A stretch of 64,000 nucleotides of DNA from Octopus bimaculoides (Eukaryota), in assembly GCF_001194135.2 (NCBI RefSeq), contig NC_068986.1, positions 114,187,687 through 114,251,686 of the forward strand, written 5' to 3'. The position numbers were made by a program, and so were the translations under genes. Below are positions 1 through 13,433 of the stretch, in pieces (position 1 is the first letter of the stretch; every line of letters begins with the position of its first letter). The notes below the pieces were generated by a model, which made no database searches, had not been told where the DNA came from, and was given only the letters and a program-made list of their open reading frames with translations.

Positions 1-396
1 ATATATATATATATATATATATACACATACAAATATATACATGTACATATATATATTTATGTGTGTGTGTGTGTGTGTGTACACATATATGTATGCATAC
101 ATATGTGTGTGTGTATTATATATATCGTCCGTCTTTCATACACTTAGATGAGTATAATTACTTAATATTTTATCATTTGTATTATCAGATGATCAGTTGT
201 TATCAATTAATTAATTGCAGCCTAAGCGAGATAGAAAACATTTAATCACACATAACTTTTTACGTCTAAGGGAAATTAAGTAACAGACAGCGTGCGGTGT
301 TGGGATATCAGAAACTATATAACTTAGAATTATTTCTGATTTTTGCCGCAACATTATTTATGGAACTGCCGGCTAAATATGATCATATATATGTAC

Positions 397-445
<49 letters not shown>

Positions 446-791
446 CACACACNNNNNNNNNNNNNNNNNNNNNNNNNNNNNNNNNNNNNNNNNNNNNNNN
501 NNNNNNNNNNNNNNNNNNNNNNNNNNNNNNNNNNNNNNNNNNNNNNNNNNNNNNNNNNNNNNNNNNNNNNNNNNNNNNNNNNNNNNNNNNNNNNNNNNNN
601 NNNNNNNNNNNNNAAATAAGGTTGTGTTGTTTATTTCTTTATTTTTTTTTGTCGGGTTTTAGGGGAACCTTTGAAGGTTTCCTTGCTTAAAACACGTTAA
701 TGAAACGAAATAGTATTCAAGAAAGAAATATTGCTCTTCGTAACAGTACAGATTTATACTGAACCCTTTTGTATTGCAGCAAACACATGCA

Positions 792-828
<37 letters not shown>

Positions 829-829
829 T

Positions 830-2485
830 TAAGTCAAACCTAAAGGCCTTCTTTCATTATGCCAAAGAAACAGCCTCAGTGCGCTGCAAAATAGAACCCC
901 TCCTCCAAAAGATGGCTCCCTCACAGATAGTCCAACCAGGATCAGTTCAAAAGTGTTTTACCACCCATTTGGAGCACAGACAAGTGAACGAACCGGTGGA
1001 TTTCTTTGCCTCCTCGCCTATAAACAGCGATGCAGTTACGATGGATTACATTGACATTAGTGAAGAAGATATACTACTTGCAATAGATGAGTTGGACGCA
1101 AAAAAAACTACTGATCCTCATGGTTTCCCAGCAATCCTCCTCAAATTGTGTAAGCGTGTCCTGGCGAAACCACTACAGGTTCTCTTCCGGAGCTTTCTTG
1201 CAAATGGCAGGCTGCCAAGCAAACTGAAGAAAGGAATAATCCATAAAGGAGGAAGCAGAGCAGATACCAAAAACTATAGGCCTCTCTCACTGACTTCACA
1301 CATCAGCAAAGTCATGGAACGGATAGGCAGAGGGAAACTAATTGCGTTCCTTGAAGAAAATAACTTGCTGAGTGATACCCAGCATGGCTTTCGACCAGGT
1401 AGGAGCTGCCTGACCCAGCTCTTACAACATTATGAATGGGTGTTGAGGGAGTTACTCAACAACTCAAATGAGGACGTAATATACCTTGACTTTGCAAAAG
1501 CTTTTGATAAAGTGGATCATGGTAGGATATGCCACAAACTGCGTGATCTTGGCATAGCTGAAAAAACTTGGAGAGTGGTTACATGACTTTCTGAAAGATA
1601 GAAGTCAGGCAGTAGTGGCCAATGGAGTCACCTCAATGAAAGCACAAATAGTGAGTGGTATTCCACAGAGCACTGTCTTGGGACCATTGCTTTTCATAGT
1701 GGCCCTTTCAGATATGCCCTCAACTGCCCGTATAGCCACCCTTGCTAGCTACACAGACGATACGAAAGTCTCGCGGAAAATACAGCGATGTTGCACACCT
1801 GTACCAGCTGTTGGACTCAATTTACAGATGGACTAAGGACAATATTATGTAGTTTAATACTGAAAAAGTTCAACCCCTGCGCTATCAGCGTCCAAAACTG
1901 AATATAAAACTTACAGGGTACACTGGTCCACAGAGGATTACAATTCCATAGTCTAAATCAGTGAGGGACCTGGGTATCGACATGAGTGATGATACCTCTT
2001 TCCAAGTGCACATTACCAGGATGGTGACAAGTGCAGACCACTGGCTGGCTGGATCCTGAGAACGTTCAGAACTAGAGAAAAGGAAACCATGATGGTCCTC
2101 TGGAGGACTTTCGCCCTCAGCCTCCTGGATTACTGCTCCCAGCTATGGTCACCCAACAGTGTAAAATTAACAGTGAAGCTCCACAAAGAAGATCGTCGCA
2201 TTGCAACAGCTCAGCTACCGGGAAAGGCTGAAACAGCTAAGACTCTACTCCCTGGAGCGAAGGCGGGAGAGGTATGCAGTAATATACATCTGGAAGATTC
2301 TGGAAGGAATTGTGCCAATTTTGGCATTGAAAGCTACACAGTTGCAGGAACGGATGGACACTGCACAGTGACAAGATCCCAGGAATGCCATCTTGCTTCA
2401 GGACCAGTTACTGCAGCAGCCTGAGATTCAGGGTCCCACGTTTTTTAATATTTTCGCAAAGTGCCTGAGGGACCTACACAAAGTA
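830..2485 (+). mobile_element. 5'-truncated, frameshifted non-LTR retrotransposon (CR1/Jockey-group LINE) reverse transcriptase pseudogene
   Basis: ORF 774-1586 carries NYRPLSLTS, QHGFRPGRSCLTQLL and VIYLDFAKAFDKVDH; ORF 1615-1836 carries SGIPQSTVLGPLLFIV and YTDDTK; ORF 2089 carries LDYCSQLWSP. These RT motifs are in order across several frameshifts and start directly after a (TA)n tract. Confidence 0.92.
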
Positions 2486-2799
2486 GTCCAAACAAGAACA
2501 AAAATTCTACATAAGGGCAAAAGAAAAGAAAACATTTGGATTCCAATATACCGAAAAATAGACCTTAAATCTAACCGCACACAATATTTTTCACTATAAA
2601 TACACGGCGTTGTAAGTGAAAAATATTTTTAGACGATCTAAGGTCTATTTTTCAACATGTTGGCAAAAGAATGATTTTTCCTTTTGCCCTTAGTTGTAAT
2701 TATCTATAATTCTCACCTTGAAAGATATTCTAATATGCTGGTCACTGATAAATTTTTTTTGAAACATTTTATCCTTATACATACATACATACATACATA

Positions 2800-3135
2800 T
2801 ATACACACACACCGACAACACATGCGCGCGAACACACACACTTATAATACACACATACATACACACACACAGATAACACATGCGCGCGCACTGACGCTCA
2901 CACACACACACACACACACCGACAACACATGCGCGCGAACACACACTTATGATACACACATACACACACACAGATAAAACATGCGCGCGCACACACACTC
3001 TCATAATACATACATACATACAGACACACAGACACACAGACAACATATGCGCGCACGCACACTTACACGCACAAACATACACACACAACACATGTGCGTG
3101 CACACACGCACGCACACATACACGCACGCACACAT
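2800..3135. repeat. Compound (CA)n-derived minisatellite, roughly 50-63 bp unit
   Basis: Motif (g)a(c/t)aa(c/a)acatgcgcgc recurs near 2815, 2872, 2922, 2974 and 3039, separated by CA/TACA tracts. Confidence 0.7.
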
Positions 3136-3524
3136 ACATACATAGCCTTTCCTATCTAATTGCACGCGCAATTATCGATAAGGGGCTTCGAGCAGAAACC
3201 TAGAAAGGAATTCCTTGAAAGCAAAATGTAGGGGTTAGTTTTAGCAGATGTCGTTAGAGACGTGATTCTTGCTTTCACCGTCAAAATCTTTGATAACCTT
3301 TCGTTTATCTAAACAGAGTTCAAGCGGGATCAGAAAACTGTAGGTGGAGGGTGACGGAAGAGCTTCTCGGATCAAATTTCAGAAGTCATTTTTAGTCCCA
3401 TTCTAGGATTTACTATTTGGGGTATTTTTAGTGAGGTGGGGTCACAATTCCCTTTTTTAACTAATGATTCTATGACCTGATTTATCTTTCCATAGCCACA
3501 ATTTTAAGTACATATACATATACG

Positions 3525-3586
<62 letters not shown>

Positions 3587-3950
3587 NNNNNNNNNNNNNN
3601 NNNNNNNNNNNNNNNNNNNNNNNNNNNNNNNNNNNNNNNNNNNNNNNNNNNNNNNNNNNNNNNNNNNNNNNNNNNNNNNNNNNNNNNNNNNNNNNNNNNN
3701 NNNNNNNNNNNNNNNNNNNNNNNNNNNNNNNNNNNNNNNNNNNNNNNNNNNNNNNNNNNNNNNNNNNNNNNNNNNNNNNNNNNNNNNNNNNNNNNNNNNN
3801 NNNNNNNNNNNNNNNNNNNNNNNNNNNNNNNNNNNNNNNNNNNNNNNNNNNNNNNNNNNNNNNNNNNNNNNNNNNNNNNNNNNNNNNNNNNNNNNNNNNN
3901 NTATATATATATATTTGTGTGTGTGTGTGTGTGTATGTATTATATATGTA

Positions 3951-4015
3951 TTTGTGTGTCTGTGTTTCTCCCCCTACCATCACTTGACAACCGATGTTGG
4001 TGTGTTTTTGTCTCC
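3951..4015 (+). mobile_element. Fragment of the 3' half of SINE family B
   Basis: tgtgtctgtgtttctccccctaccatcacttgacaaccgatgttggtgtgttt matches the same segment of the copy at 33985-34040. Confidence 0.75.
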
Positions 4016-4115
4016 AATAATTACAGGTATAAACCTTAACTTGTAATCTGGAGAGAGTAACTGCAGATTTCTCAATAGTTCAGCATAGGTGTTCTCTTTT
4101 TCACTGATCTTCAGT
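4016..4115 (-). mobile_element. Fragment of the R4/Dong-type LINE restriction-like endonuclease region
   Basis: aataattacaggtataaacc...gtgttctctttttcactgatcttcag is near-identical to 53138-53240, which encodes KLKISEKENTYAELLRNLQLLYPDYKFRFIPVII. Confidence 0.85.
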
Positions 4116-5073
4116 TTTATGTATGTATGTATGTATGCTTGTTTATTCACGGGATTCGTAAGGTTTCCAGAAACTAACCAACTTTATGATATATACGGTG
4201 GTGAGCTTCATCTACTGAAATTAAATGACGATCGCCGACCCAAATATTTTTCTGCTTACATGCAGTTGCCAAGTCACCATTTAACAATTTCAATTCAGTA
4301 AAACTTTTATGCGTATGAATGTGTGCCTGTGTGTGAATGAATGCATGCGTGCGTGTATGTATGTTTGTGTGCATATACGTGTATGGATGTGTGTGGCAGG
4401 TTGTGTATGTATGTGTGTGTATGATCGGGAGCCATGGTTTAGCCATGTTATCACGTCCCTTCAGATCTCAACAAATGTAGACATGAAAAAAAAAGAAACG
4501 TATTCTCTTTCATTTCGTTCTATCTCATGCGTTTGGGTAGTTTGTATGTTTGTTTTTTATGACTTTATGAGTGTGCAGGTGAATGGGTAGGCGGACGAAT
4601 ATCAGGGTGGCTGCAAATGTGTGTGGTTGGCTGTGTGAATGCTCGTTTTTGCATATGGCTCTGTATTCGTGTGTGCCTTATGGGTTTGTGTTTATGTGTG
4701 TATCTTCGGGGTGGAATATATATGCGTATGTGGGGTAGATTTTGTGAGCATGAATGTGAGTACGGGTATGTGTATGTGTGTGTGTGAACGTACCTGAGTA
4801 GTAAATGCCTGCATGCTTGGTTGTGTGCATAAGTATGGGTGTGTAAGCGTGTGCGTGCGCGCGCGCACGTGTATGTGTGCATCTGTGCGTGTTCTGAATT
4901 TGTTTGGGTGTATATGTCTAACTGTGGATGTGTTTGCCTGTGAGTATATGTAATTGAATTGTGTGTGTATAATTGTGCGTGTTTATTTGTGTGTGTGTGT
5001 GTGTGTGTATCGGTCTGTGTGTTGATTATGTGTGTTAAGGACATGTATATCAACACACAAGTAACATGAATGT

Positions 5074-5580
5074 GTGATAGCTGTGCTACACACGTACAGA
5101 TACTTTGAGTCTGCAATAACGATACTTAACACAACAACACAGTTTCTGGTGGGAGTCTATGAGTCCATAATAAATATATTACACACATCAGCACAGGGCT
5201 TCTAAGAGTCTAAAAGTCATTAATAGCCATGATACGCACATCCGAGAACAATTTCCGGGAGTTTAGGAATCAGTGAAGAGTATGTTGCAGACATCGAGTC
5301 ACAGTTGCTAAAAGTCTCTAAGTTTATAATAACCATGCTGCACGTATTAGAACCCTCTGTTGTGTGAGTCGAAGAGTCATTAACGACCATGTTAGGTACA
5401 GATTCTGTGTGCCTGTAATAACTGTGCTACACACATCAGAAAACGGTTTTTGAGCGTGTAGGAATCAGTAATGACATCATTACATCATTGCTAGTAATAA
5501 CCTGTCAGGAACTAAGGAACTGGGTGTCGTGAATAACCATGCTAGACACATCAACATACCGTTGTTGGAGGTGGATGTCA
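5074..5580. repeat. Highly diverged tandem array, about 53-54 bp period
   Basis: aataaccatgct/acacacatcag-like unit starts at 5115, 5169, 5222, 5276, 5328, 5382, 5417, 5470 and 5532 (spacings 54, 53, 54, 52, 54, 35, 53, 62). Confidence 0.6.
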
Positions 5581-6211
5581 GGCTGTACTAGCAATGCCAC
5601 ACGAAAGAACCGCAAAGGGAGAAGTGAGTTAACACTTTAAGTTAACACGTTCTGTTCAAAGGAGCTTTATAGGCAGAGATGGGTGAAGACAGATAAAGAG
5701 ATAGAAAGAGCATAGAGAGAGAGACAGAGTGGATGGAGGGGGAGATAGAGATAAAACGAAATAGAAAGACAGACAGACATACAAACAGACAGAAGCGCAA
5801 TAGTAACAAGAGCAAGTGTGGGAGGCTGCCTCATGGCACCACAAGTCCTACCACCGCCTCAGAGCATCGAGGATGGTCGAGACACAAACCTCGTCTTCAG
5901 TCCCAAAAGCAAATAAACACGAGGCAGGAAGCAGAGGTTCCCCCCACACACACCTCACCGCACCAGCAAAACTACTTCGTCGTCTTGTGTTGAGCAGGAG
6001 ACGATGGAGAGAGAGAAAAAGAAGAGGAAAAATTGGGGAAAGAAGCATTCAACAGAGAGAAATAGAAAAGTGATCCCTGAAAAGAAACTCAAACCTTGGG
6101 GGAAGATAAGAGCAATAAAACTGAGACGGTTCTCCTTTACTTATTTTTGTTTTAAGCTTTGAGGATAAGTTAAACGAATTGCAGAAAGACGCCGGATACA
6201 AAAATGCGACT

Positions 6212-6620
6212 CAGGTGTAGCTTTGGGGTGAAGACGCTGCTTTGAAACCGCGAGGTTTGGAGATTCGGCCTCACTGCGCGGCTCCTTCTGCTATCTATAG
6301 CCCTGGGTCATCCAACGCTTTGTGAGTGGATTTGGTAGACGAATACTATAAGGAACCCCGTCGTATACACGTGTGTGTGCATACATGTATGTATGTTTAT
6401 GTATGTATTTATGTGTGTATGAATGTAGGTATACGCGTGTGTTTTTGTGTTTATAATCCCCCGTGCTTGACAACCGGTGTTGTTTTTTTTATGTCCCCGT
6501 AATTTTACGATACCGATAGAAATAGTATCTTTGACAAGTATTTGGGGTCGATGTTCAACCAAACACTTCGAGGAAGTGCTCCAGCATGACACGGTCAGAT
6601 AACTGAAACAATTAAAAGAA
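6212..6620 (+). mobile_element. tRNA-derived SINE family B (OR-like, internal microsatellite), diverged copy
   Basis: Head with A/B-box-like segments, the family core ttgtgagtggatttggtagacg, a (TG/TATG) middle, and a tail gtgctccagcatg...actgaaaca shared with 15813-16190, 33746-34189 and 38374-38988. Confidence 0.8.
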
Positions 6621-7277
6621 GATCATAGATAAAAATACGAAATAACAGCATCACATTTTGAGCAGCGCACCAACGTTAGGTTGCTCATCCGAGTAATTTT
6701 CCATATGTTGGAAATGTTATATTTAAACAACAGTGATCATAGATATGCGCCCTTGCTCACTCTGACGCATTAAATAGCTCCAGGCCCCTTCAGGATGATA
6801 GACAAGCAAGTAAGTCGACGAAGGTTATAACGAGAGAGAGGTCGTTGGACGCTCTGACTTCATCTAAGGGGACTTAATTCTCATAATTTCCATAAATTAT
6901 TATGCGCTTTCAAATATATTTTCTACTTATTCCGAAATATATTTATCGGGTTTTTACTTGTGTGTGTGTGTGTGTAAATGCTGGCAGTTTGGTTATGCAT
7001 TTACAATTTTTTAGTTCATACCAAGACACCTATTACAAGAGGGATTGCTTTTTTTCTTTTCAGTCCCCCTATTCCGGTTACCTGCACTTCCAGAATTTTA
7101 TATTTGGGTAGTTTCTAAATTTCGTAAGAATCGATCCATCGAATCAAAGACATACCTTTTCCAGGTAGTCCTTGGCAACAATATATTACCGTTTTCTCCG
7201 ACCCCTCACTCTTCTTGTCTAACTGAGTAAGCATTTAAGGAAATATGGACACACTGTCGTTTCCTAAGATATGTTCT

Positions 7278-7339
<62 letters not shown>

Positions 7340-8583
7340 TGTGTGTGTGTGTGTTTATGCTACTTCTTGTTTGTCGGTTTGTTGTAGAGTTGGTCTAGCT
7401 TCCAGCGTATGAAATCCCCCATCTCTGTCATACCTATTGATGTATTTCTCTTTTGGTTAAGGCTGGGGAACCAGACACAAGATGACTGATTGTTTATTCA
7501 CAACTTCCACATATTCTGCAATTACTTTTTATGATTTGGTTCATTATATGTTTTTGGTAAGTTTTGGTGGGAACGCTTTGATCATGCGCTGTAATAAAAA
7601 TGAAAAAAAACAACATCCTTCGGTTTCAGCTTTCATTCCTGTAGTAGTTCTCAGTTAGTACTAACATTTTATTTTATCCACTTTTGCTTTGTTTAGTCTT
7701 GTCAGGTATCGCAAACGTCTTAGCATGACATTTTGTAATCCCATTTCAATTTAGTTTTTAGCTTTTAGTTTTTAGAGTTTCAATTGTTGTTATTTCTCTT
7801 GTCACAACTGTCTCCATTCTCTCAACTACTATTTTATATTTGCTGGCTTCCTTCAAGACAGAAAACAGTTGCCTTTGTGTTGTTCTTGTTTTCTAGCTCT
7901 GTTTCTATTAGTTTCCTTTTATTCTTAACCAGATATTTCTTTAGTCTCATACTAGATATTTTATAATTGTTTTCTACTTTCAGAACACCCTTGACCTCTG
8001 TGTATTCGTGATAAATATATTTTCTTTGTGTCAGATTTTGTGTGCTGTGTTTTCAAATCAGTCATTAGTTTTCTTGTTTCTCTGTCTAGACTTGCTAATT
8101 CATTTCACTTCCAGTTAAGAATATTTTAACTATAACTTATTACAGGGACACCTACAGTATTAATGCCTGTTTTCTTATTTTTGAGATTTATGTTTTAAGT
8201 ATTCTCATTTATCTATGATATTCTTTTATCTACTTTCTTGATCTAATTTACATTTATCTAATTTAACTCTGATATTCTTTTCTGACTTTAGTTCTCATTT
8301 ATATATTGTACTCAGTGTAACTCATTACTTTTTAAATATTAGTAAGTATGATCTTTATACAGCCTAGAATTAACAGCTTCGAAGTATCAGAGACTTTCAG
8401 TCACAGACTAAAGAGACTAAACAATGTACTTGGCAACTAACACTTCTACGGACGCTAGTTTTAGTGGTGGTGTACCTGGCCACTTAGGTGCAAACGTTAG
8501 CACAGCCGTTTACTTTACAATAGATACGTGGCTCGAGTCCTGCAGGCGTTTATGGCATATTTATTGTTTAAAAAACATCTAAT

Positions 8584-8800
8584 TTAAGGCGGCGAGCTGG
8601 CAGGAACGTTAGCACGCCGGGCGAAATGCTTAGCGGTATTTCGTCTGTCTTTATGTTCTGAGTTCAAATTCTGTCACGCTCTACTTTGCCTTTAATCCTT
8701 TCAGGCTCGATGAACTAAATACCAGTTGTGTACTGTAATCGATCTAATCGACTGCTCCCGTCCAAAATTTCCGGCCTTGGTCCTAGAGTAGGAAAAAAAA
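8584..8800 (+). mobile_element. tRNA-derived SINE family A (OK-like)
   Basis: aaggcggcgagctggcagga..cgttagcacgccgggcgaaatgcttagcggtatttcgtc...gagttcaaatt (B-box-like); reverse-complement matches at 21978-22206 and 27852-28087. Confidence 0.9.
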
Positions 8801-9270
8801 ACCCATCTAGTTTAATTAACAATGTATAAGTCTTTCAGGTTTAATATTCTTTATCCAATTTTACGTGTGTTCTTATTAATAGTTTTTCTGAATACTTCGT
8901 TTTGTTTTCTCCATAGCTCGCGCATTTTATTTTTCTAATGATATTTTATACTGGTATACGTTGAAAGAGAACAAAGATGTATAATAACATTGTATCATCT
9001 CAAAGTTTCTTTTAATGATTAAGTTTTCCCTTTCAACTTTCTTTTAGTTTGGTGGTTAACCACAGTAGAACTAACGTACCAGTCACCCACCGAATCCAGT
9101 TTAATCATCTGTTCTCTGGCCTGATCTGGGTTTAAATCCCCGTCTATGAATGATCAATTTATCGATCAACTGATCTTTCAGGTTCATTGAATTGGCATGT
9201 AAGTGGTTGAGTATTCCACAGACGCTGTATGGTGTGTTATAAGGATTCGAATTGCAAGTACGATCAACCT

Positions 9271-9420
9271 GACGGGCTTCCATTCAGTTTCCGTCTACCC
9301 AATTTTACCCACAAGGTACAGGTCGAATGGAGCAATAGAAAATGGTAGCTGCTATGCCACAGAATCGAAACCGTGACCTCATTAGGGCTAAAAAACCTTA
9401 ACCATTCACAGGCTGCGCCT
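9271..9420 (-). mobile_element. SINE family B, diverged head half
   Basis: gacgggcttccattcagtttccgtctacc...acccacaaggtacaggtcga matches 38823-38990 in the same orientation. Confidence 0.7.
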
Positions 9421-9859
9421 ACTTTGGCCTTGTGACTTAGTTAGAAATCATTTTTAAAAACCGTCCAAGGATGACTTAGTTTTCAGCATATCGAGAGCTA
9501 TAGAATAAATACCAGTTGTATACTGGTGTTGATTGAAACGAATTTGCCTCGCATTAATTTGTTAGAAACAATGACTTATGTATTTTAATTTGTTTGTATA
9601 TTTTATATCGCAACTGAGGAACACTAACAGCGTCGGTTTACATATTTCCAATGAACCAATCTCTGGTTGACTGCAAATGTGATGACAGCGGTGACGACGG
9701 AGGATCGGTATCTTAGTCACAGTACGTACATGTATAAGTGTGGGAGGCGGTGTAAAAGAGTGTAGTGACAAAAGGGTTTTAATTTCAAGAAAGGCAAAAA
9801 CAATGGTTATTAGTACGAAAAAATGAAATCCGGCAAAAATCAAGAAGCTTGAACAAGCG

Positions 9860-10394
9860 AAAAACTTCAAGTTCAGGACAAATAACAAATCAAGTATTTC
9901 ACAGTGTTGAAGTTGCTCAAATAATAAAAACGGCTAAAACAATAATTTATAAGGTTATAGAAAAATCTTCTCCCTCAAAAGACGTAACATTACAGCTAAG
10001 ACTGGAGCTAGGAAACTGTTCTATTATGTCACTAATCTTCGACGGAGCAGAAACTTGGACAACGTAGAGAGCGAAGCAAGATAGATGCCTTCGAGAGGTA
10101 AATGTGTCGCAGAGTAGAGAGATTAAGCTAGAAAGACAAGGTAACAAGAGCTGCAGTACTAGGAAAACTGAAAATCCAAAGACTCTTATTGTTGAGAATC
10201 AAGTCCACAACATGTTTAAAACCATATTGACAGAATGGAAGAGAACAAAAGACCATCAAAGACGTTTGTGTTCCGAAGACATCAAAGAATGGACAGGAAA
10301 CAAAAAAAAAAACTTGGCTGGTTGTATGTACGTAGCACATTGCAGAGTGAACTAGAGAGACTTGGAACTAGAGAGACTTGGAACTAGAGAGACT
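9860..10394 (+). mobile_element. RTE-clade LINE 3' end remnant with terminal 16-bp tandem repeat
   Basis: Translates to SLIFDGAETWT (RTE LLYGAETWT motif), then ASKIDAFER and SEDIKEWTG. Ends in gaactagagagacttg x about 2.9 (10349-10394); short tandem-repeat tails are typical of RTE elements. Confidence 0.75.
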
Positions 10395-11289
10395 CCTGTA
10401 TTCAGGGACCAATCACTAGGTCAACCTGAGCCAATGGTAAAAGAATTTTACCAAAACTAATGTGCGACGAGATGGAATTCAACCCGAAGCCACTCTGTTA
10501 CGAATCGAACTTCTTAACCACGCAACTAATAGCTCTTACTAAAGTGTTTCACTAGTCTTACATTAATTACGTCTTTGCACTGTGCAGCCGAACACAGCTC
10601 TGTGTGCCATAGTTAAGGTGCTTTTGTTTGGTGTTGGCGTTTTGCTATTATATTGAAACTGCTCTACGTAATATGTATTCAGTGTCTAGTTGGATAATTT
10701 TCTCTATGTTATGCATATTGGTAAGTCCTGGGTGTTTGGTAATGTATTGGTCTGCATCTTTTTATTATTTTTTCATTCTTCTTTTATTATTATCAATCCC
10801 AACGCACCTATTATTATTATAGGGATTGTTTCTGTTTTTCAATTCTCATATTCTGGTTATCTATATTTCCAGGTCTCTATATATGGATATTTTCTCCATT
10901 TCTTTCCGAGATATATTGTCGCCCGTTGCAATCGATTCAATATTATTATTACCCGTATTATCAATATTGTTATATAATTTTTTTTATTTGTTTATGTTTA
11001 TGTTTTGTTTTGTTTTACATTGTTAGCTGTTAGCGAAAGAAGAAGAAAAGAACAAAAATAAAGCAAGACAAACTACACAATAAATGAACAGCAATACGAT
11101 TTATCGATCCAATATTAATCACAACCAAACCATATGTTATATCATCCCGCCACCCACATCCTGTCGCCCGAACACCACCACCACCACCACCATCACTCGT
11201 ATATAAATGAGTGGCTGGATGTCTGTGTCGATTGATTTTAGTAAATATTGATTATTGATTTCTGACATTGAATTACTGTAACGGTTTCT

Positions 11290-11805
11290 ATTTATCATTT
11301 TCATTGCTACACTATTATTGTACGTGGTAGCGTGGTAGTGGTTATGATGTTATTGGTAGCGTAGTAGTGGTAGTAGTGCCATGGTGAGCAAAGTTGTATA
11401 GTGATAAAGAAGGGGTGTAATGGAGGTAGTGGGGTTAGGGTATTACTGTGGTGACGACGGTGGTATAACAGTAGTGGTATGTATGGGATGAAGTTAGTAG
11501 TATGGCAATAGTGGCAGCGTCACCGTGGGGAATTTATTAGTGATAAGGGTTGGTATAGTAATGGTGGTGGTGGTGGTGGTGGTGGTGTGATGGTATAGTA
11601 AAGGTATTGCGATAGTGTGATAGGAGTGCTGTTCCAATGTGGGTGGCGTTAACGTGATAGTACAAGCGTGGTGTTGATGCTACAGTGATAGTATTATGAT
11701 GGTATGAGGCGGTGTTAGTAATGTGATAGTGGTGTTGTGATGGGGTGGTATTAATGCCGTTTCGGTGGTTGCTTTGTGGTAGTAGGAAAGTAGTGATGAT
11801 ACAAT

Positions 11806-11847
<42 letters not shown>

Positions 11848-12030
11848 TTTCAGTGGTGGATGTAATCGTGTATGAAAAGTGATTAAGCGTAATAGGGAGA
11901 AGGTCTAGTAGTTTCAAGGGGATGGAAGTTTCGCGGTAATAGTGTGGCAGCAAGATTGTGCAGTGTGCAACTAGTGGTAGGATGGTAGTATGTTGTAAAT
12001 AATGAAGTGGTGTTAGCAATTTACTAGTAG
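11290..12030. repeat. Degenerate (GTA/GTG)n trinucleotide region
   Basis: Pervasive gtagtg/ggtggt/gtagta periodicity with a pure (GTA)n core at about 11806-11845. Confidence 0.85.
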
Positions 12031-12039
12031 TAATATTAT

Positions 12040-12352
12040 GGAGCGGAAGCACATCGCCTAGTGGTTAGAGTAGCGGACACGCGGTTGAGGGATCGCGGGT
12101 TCGAATCTCAGACTGGGTGATGTGTGTGTTTATGATCGAAACATCTAAAGTTCCACGCGGCTCCGGCAGAAGGTAATGGCGAACTTCTTCTGACTCTTTC
12201 GCCACAACTTTCATTCACTCTTTCTTCCTGCATCTAGCAGCTCACCTGTGATGGACCGGCGTCCCGTCCAGGTGGGGAACCTATACGGCAATGAAACCGG
12301 AAAACTGGCCCTTATGAGCCAGGCATGGCTCGAAAAGAAACAAACAACAACA
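12040..12352 (+). mobile_element. tRNA-derived SINE family C, tail type 1
   Basis: A-box-like cctagtggttaga, perfect B-box gggttcgaatc, core ggctccggcag...ccacaactttc..cactctttcttcctg shared with 22955-23335, and an (AAC)-rich end. Confidence 0.85.
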
Positions 12353-12363
12353 ATATTATGTCA

Positions 12364-12505
12364 GTGGAAAACTGGCAGAACTGTGAACGCGTCGGACAAA
12401 ATGCTTAGCAGTTCTCTGAGTTCAAATAACGGCGAGGTCAGCCGGTGTTTGAACTTTCGTCATTTTGGGGTCGATGAAGTTAAGGATCAGTCAAGTATTA
12501 GGGCA
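12364..12505 (+). mobile_element. SINE family A, diverged copy
   Basis: ctggcagaa...ggacaaaatgcttagc...ctgagttcaaat...ggggtcgat aligns with the 8584 copy. Confidence 0.7.
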
Positions 12506-13053
12506 CCGACCAAAATCTTTAAAATTTTTATATCTGTGCCAAATTTTGAAACAATTACGTAGTGTATATGTTGCTCACAGAATAACCGTGAGAACATTGT
12601 TTTTTAACAGCAGTCAAATGCAGTGAAGCAAACCCGCGATACAAAAGCGTTCCAACCAACACCATCCATACTCTTTTTCAGATACATTATTTTTAATATC
12701 ACCTGAAACGTGACCTTCATCTTTTAACACGGTACGGTGTTATCTGGTAGTTTTTTTCCCTGCGATTTCTACAAGGGCTTGTAACTATGTCCATACGGTT
12801 CATGAGTGTATGCATGCGCGCATGTGTGTGTGAGACAGAGAGTGTATGTGTGAGTGTGCATGAGTGTGTGTGAGTGTGCATGGATGTGTGAGACTGCATG
12901 TGTATCAGTGTACGTTTATATGTGCAAGGAGTCGATCAAGGTTCACCGTACATCTAGACATGTATGTGCAACCATGGGTGAAATACATACACACGCACGC
13001 ATACATACATACATACATACATACATACATACATACATACATACATACATACA

Positions 13054-13102
<49 letters not shown>

Positions 13103-13433
13103 CTTTTTGTAAATAAAACCAAGGATGAATTGCGTTCCGTTAATTAATAGGTTAAAAAATATATAGTAAATGCAGAAACGAAAAACAGACGCAGAATGAC
13201 AAGTTAAAAAATATATATAGTAAATGCACTGACGAACGGAAAACAGAGACAGAAGGTTCTCAATTCCTCATCACTTATCGACTAGTGGGTCTGACGCAAT
13301 TTTGTGCCTTTAACGATAATATTACTTCCCAGCTGGTGACACCTGGAAGAGCTGGAGGGAATATGGAACCGAGAATATATGGACAACAAGCGACATAGAA
13401 GCGGACATACGAAATTGAATAAATGTAATTGAA

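Noticed and set aside
4160-4215. Minus-strand TAGATGA-stem-tctg-GAAA motif
   Set aside because: Core altered, 4 extra nt before GAAA, and no convincing stems I or III; possibly a decayed retroelement end but unsupported.
5816-6060. GC-rich island with 60-85 aa ORFs on both strands
   Set aside because: No recognisable domain or clear splice signals.
7400-8400. T-rich block resembling an antisense LINE 5' region
   Set aside because: Strand skew only; no identifiable motif.
12040-12115. tRNA gene
   Set aside because: A and B boxes are present but the sequence runs into a SINE body and I cannot build a full cloverleaf; the same applies to the other SINE heads.
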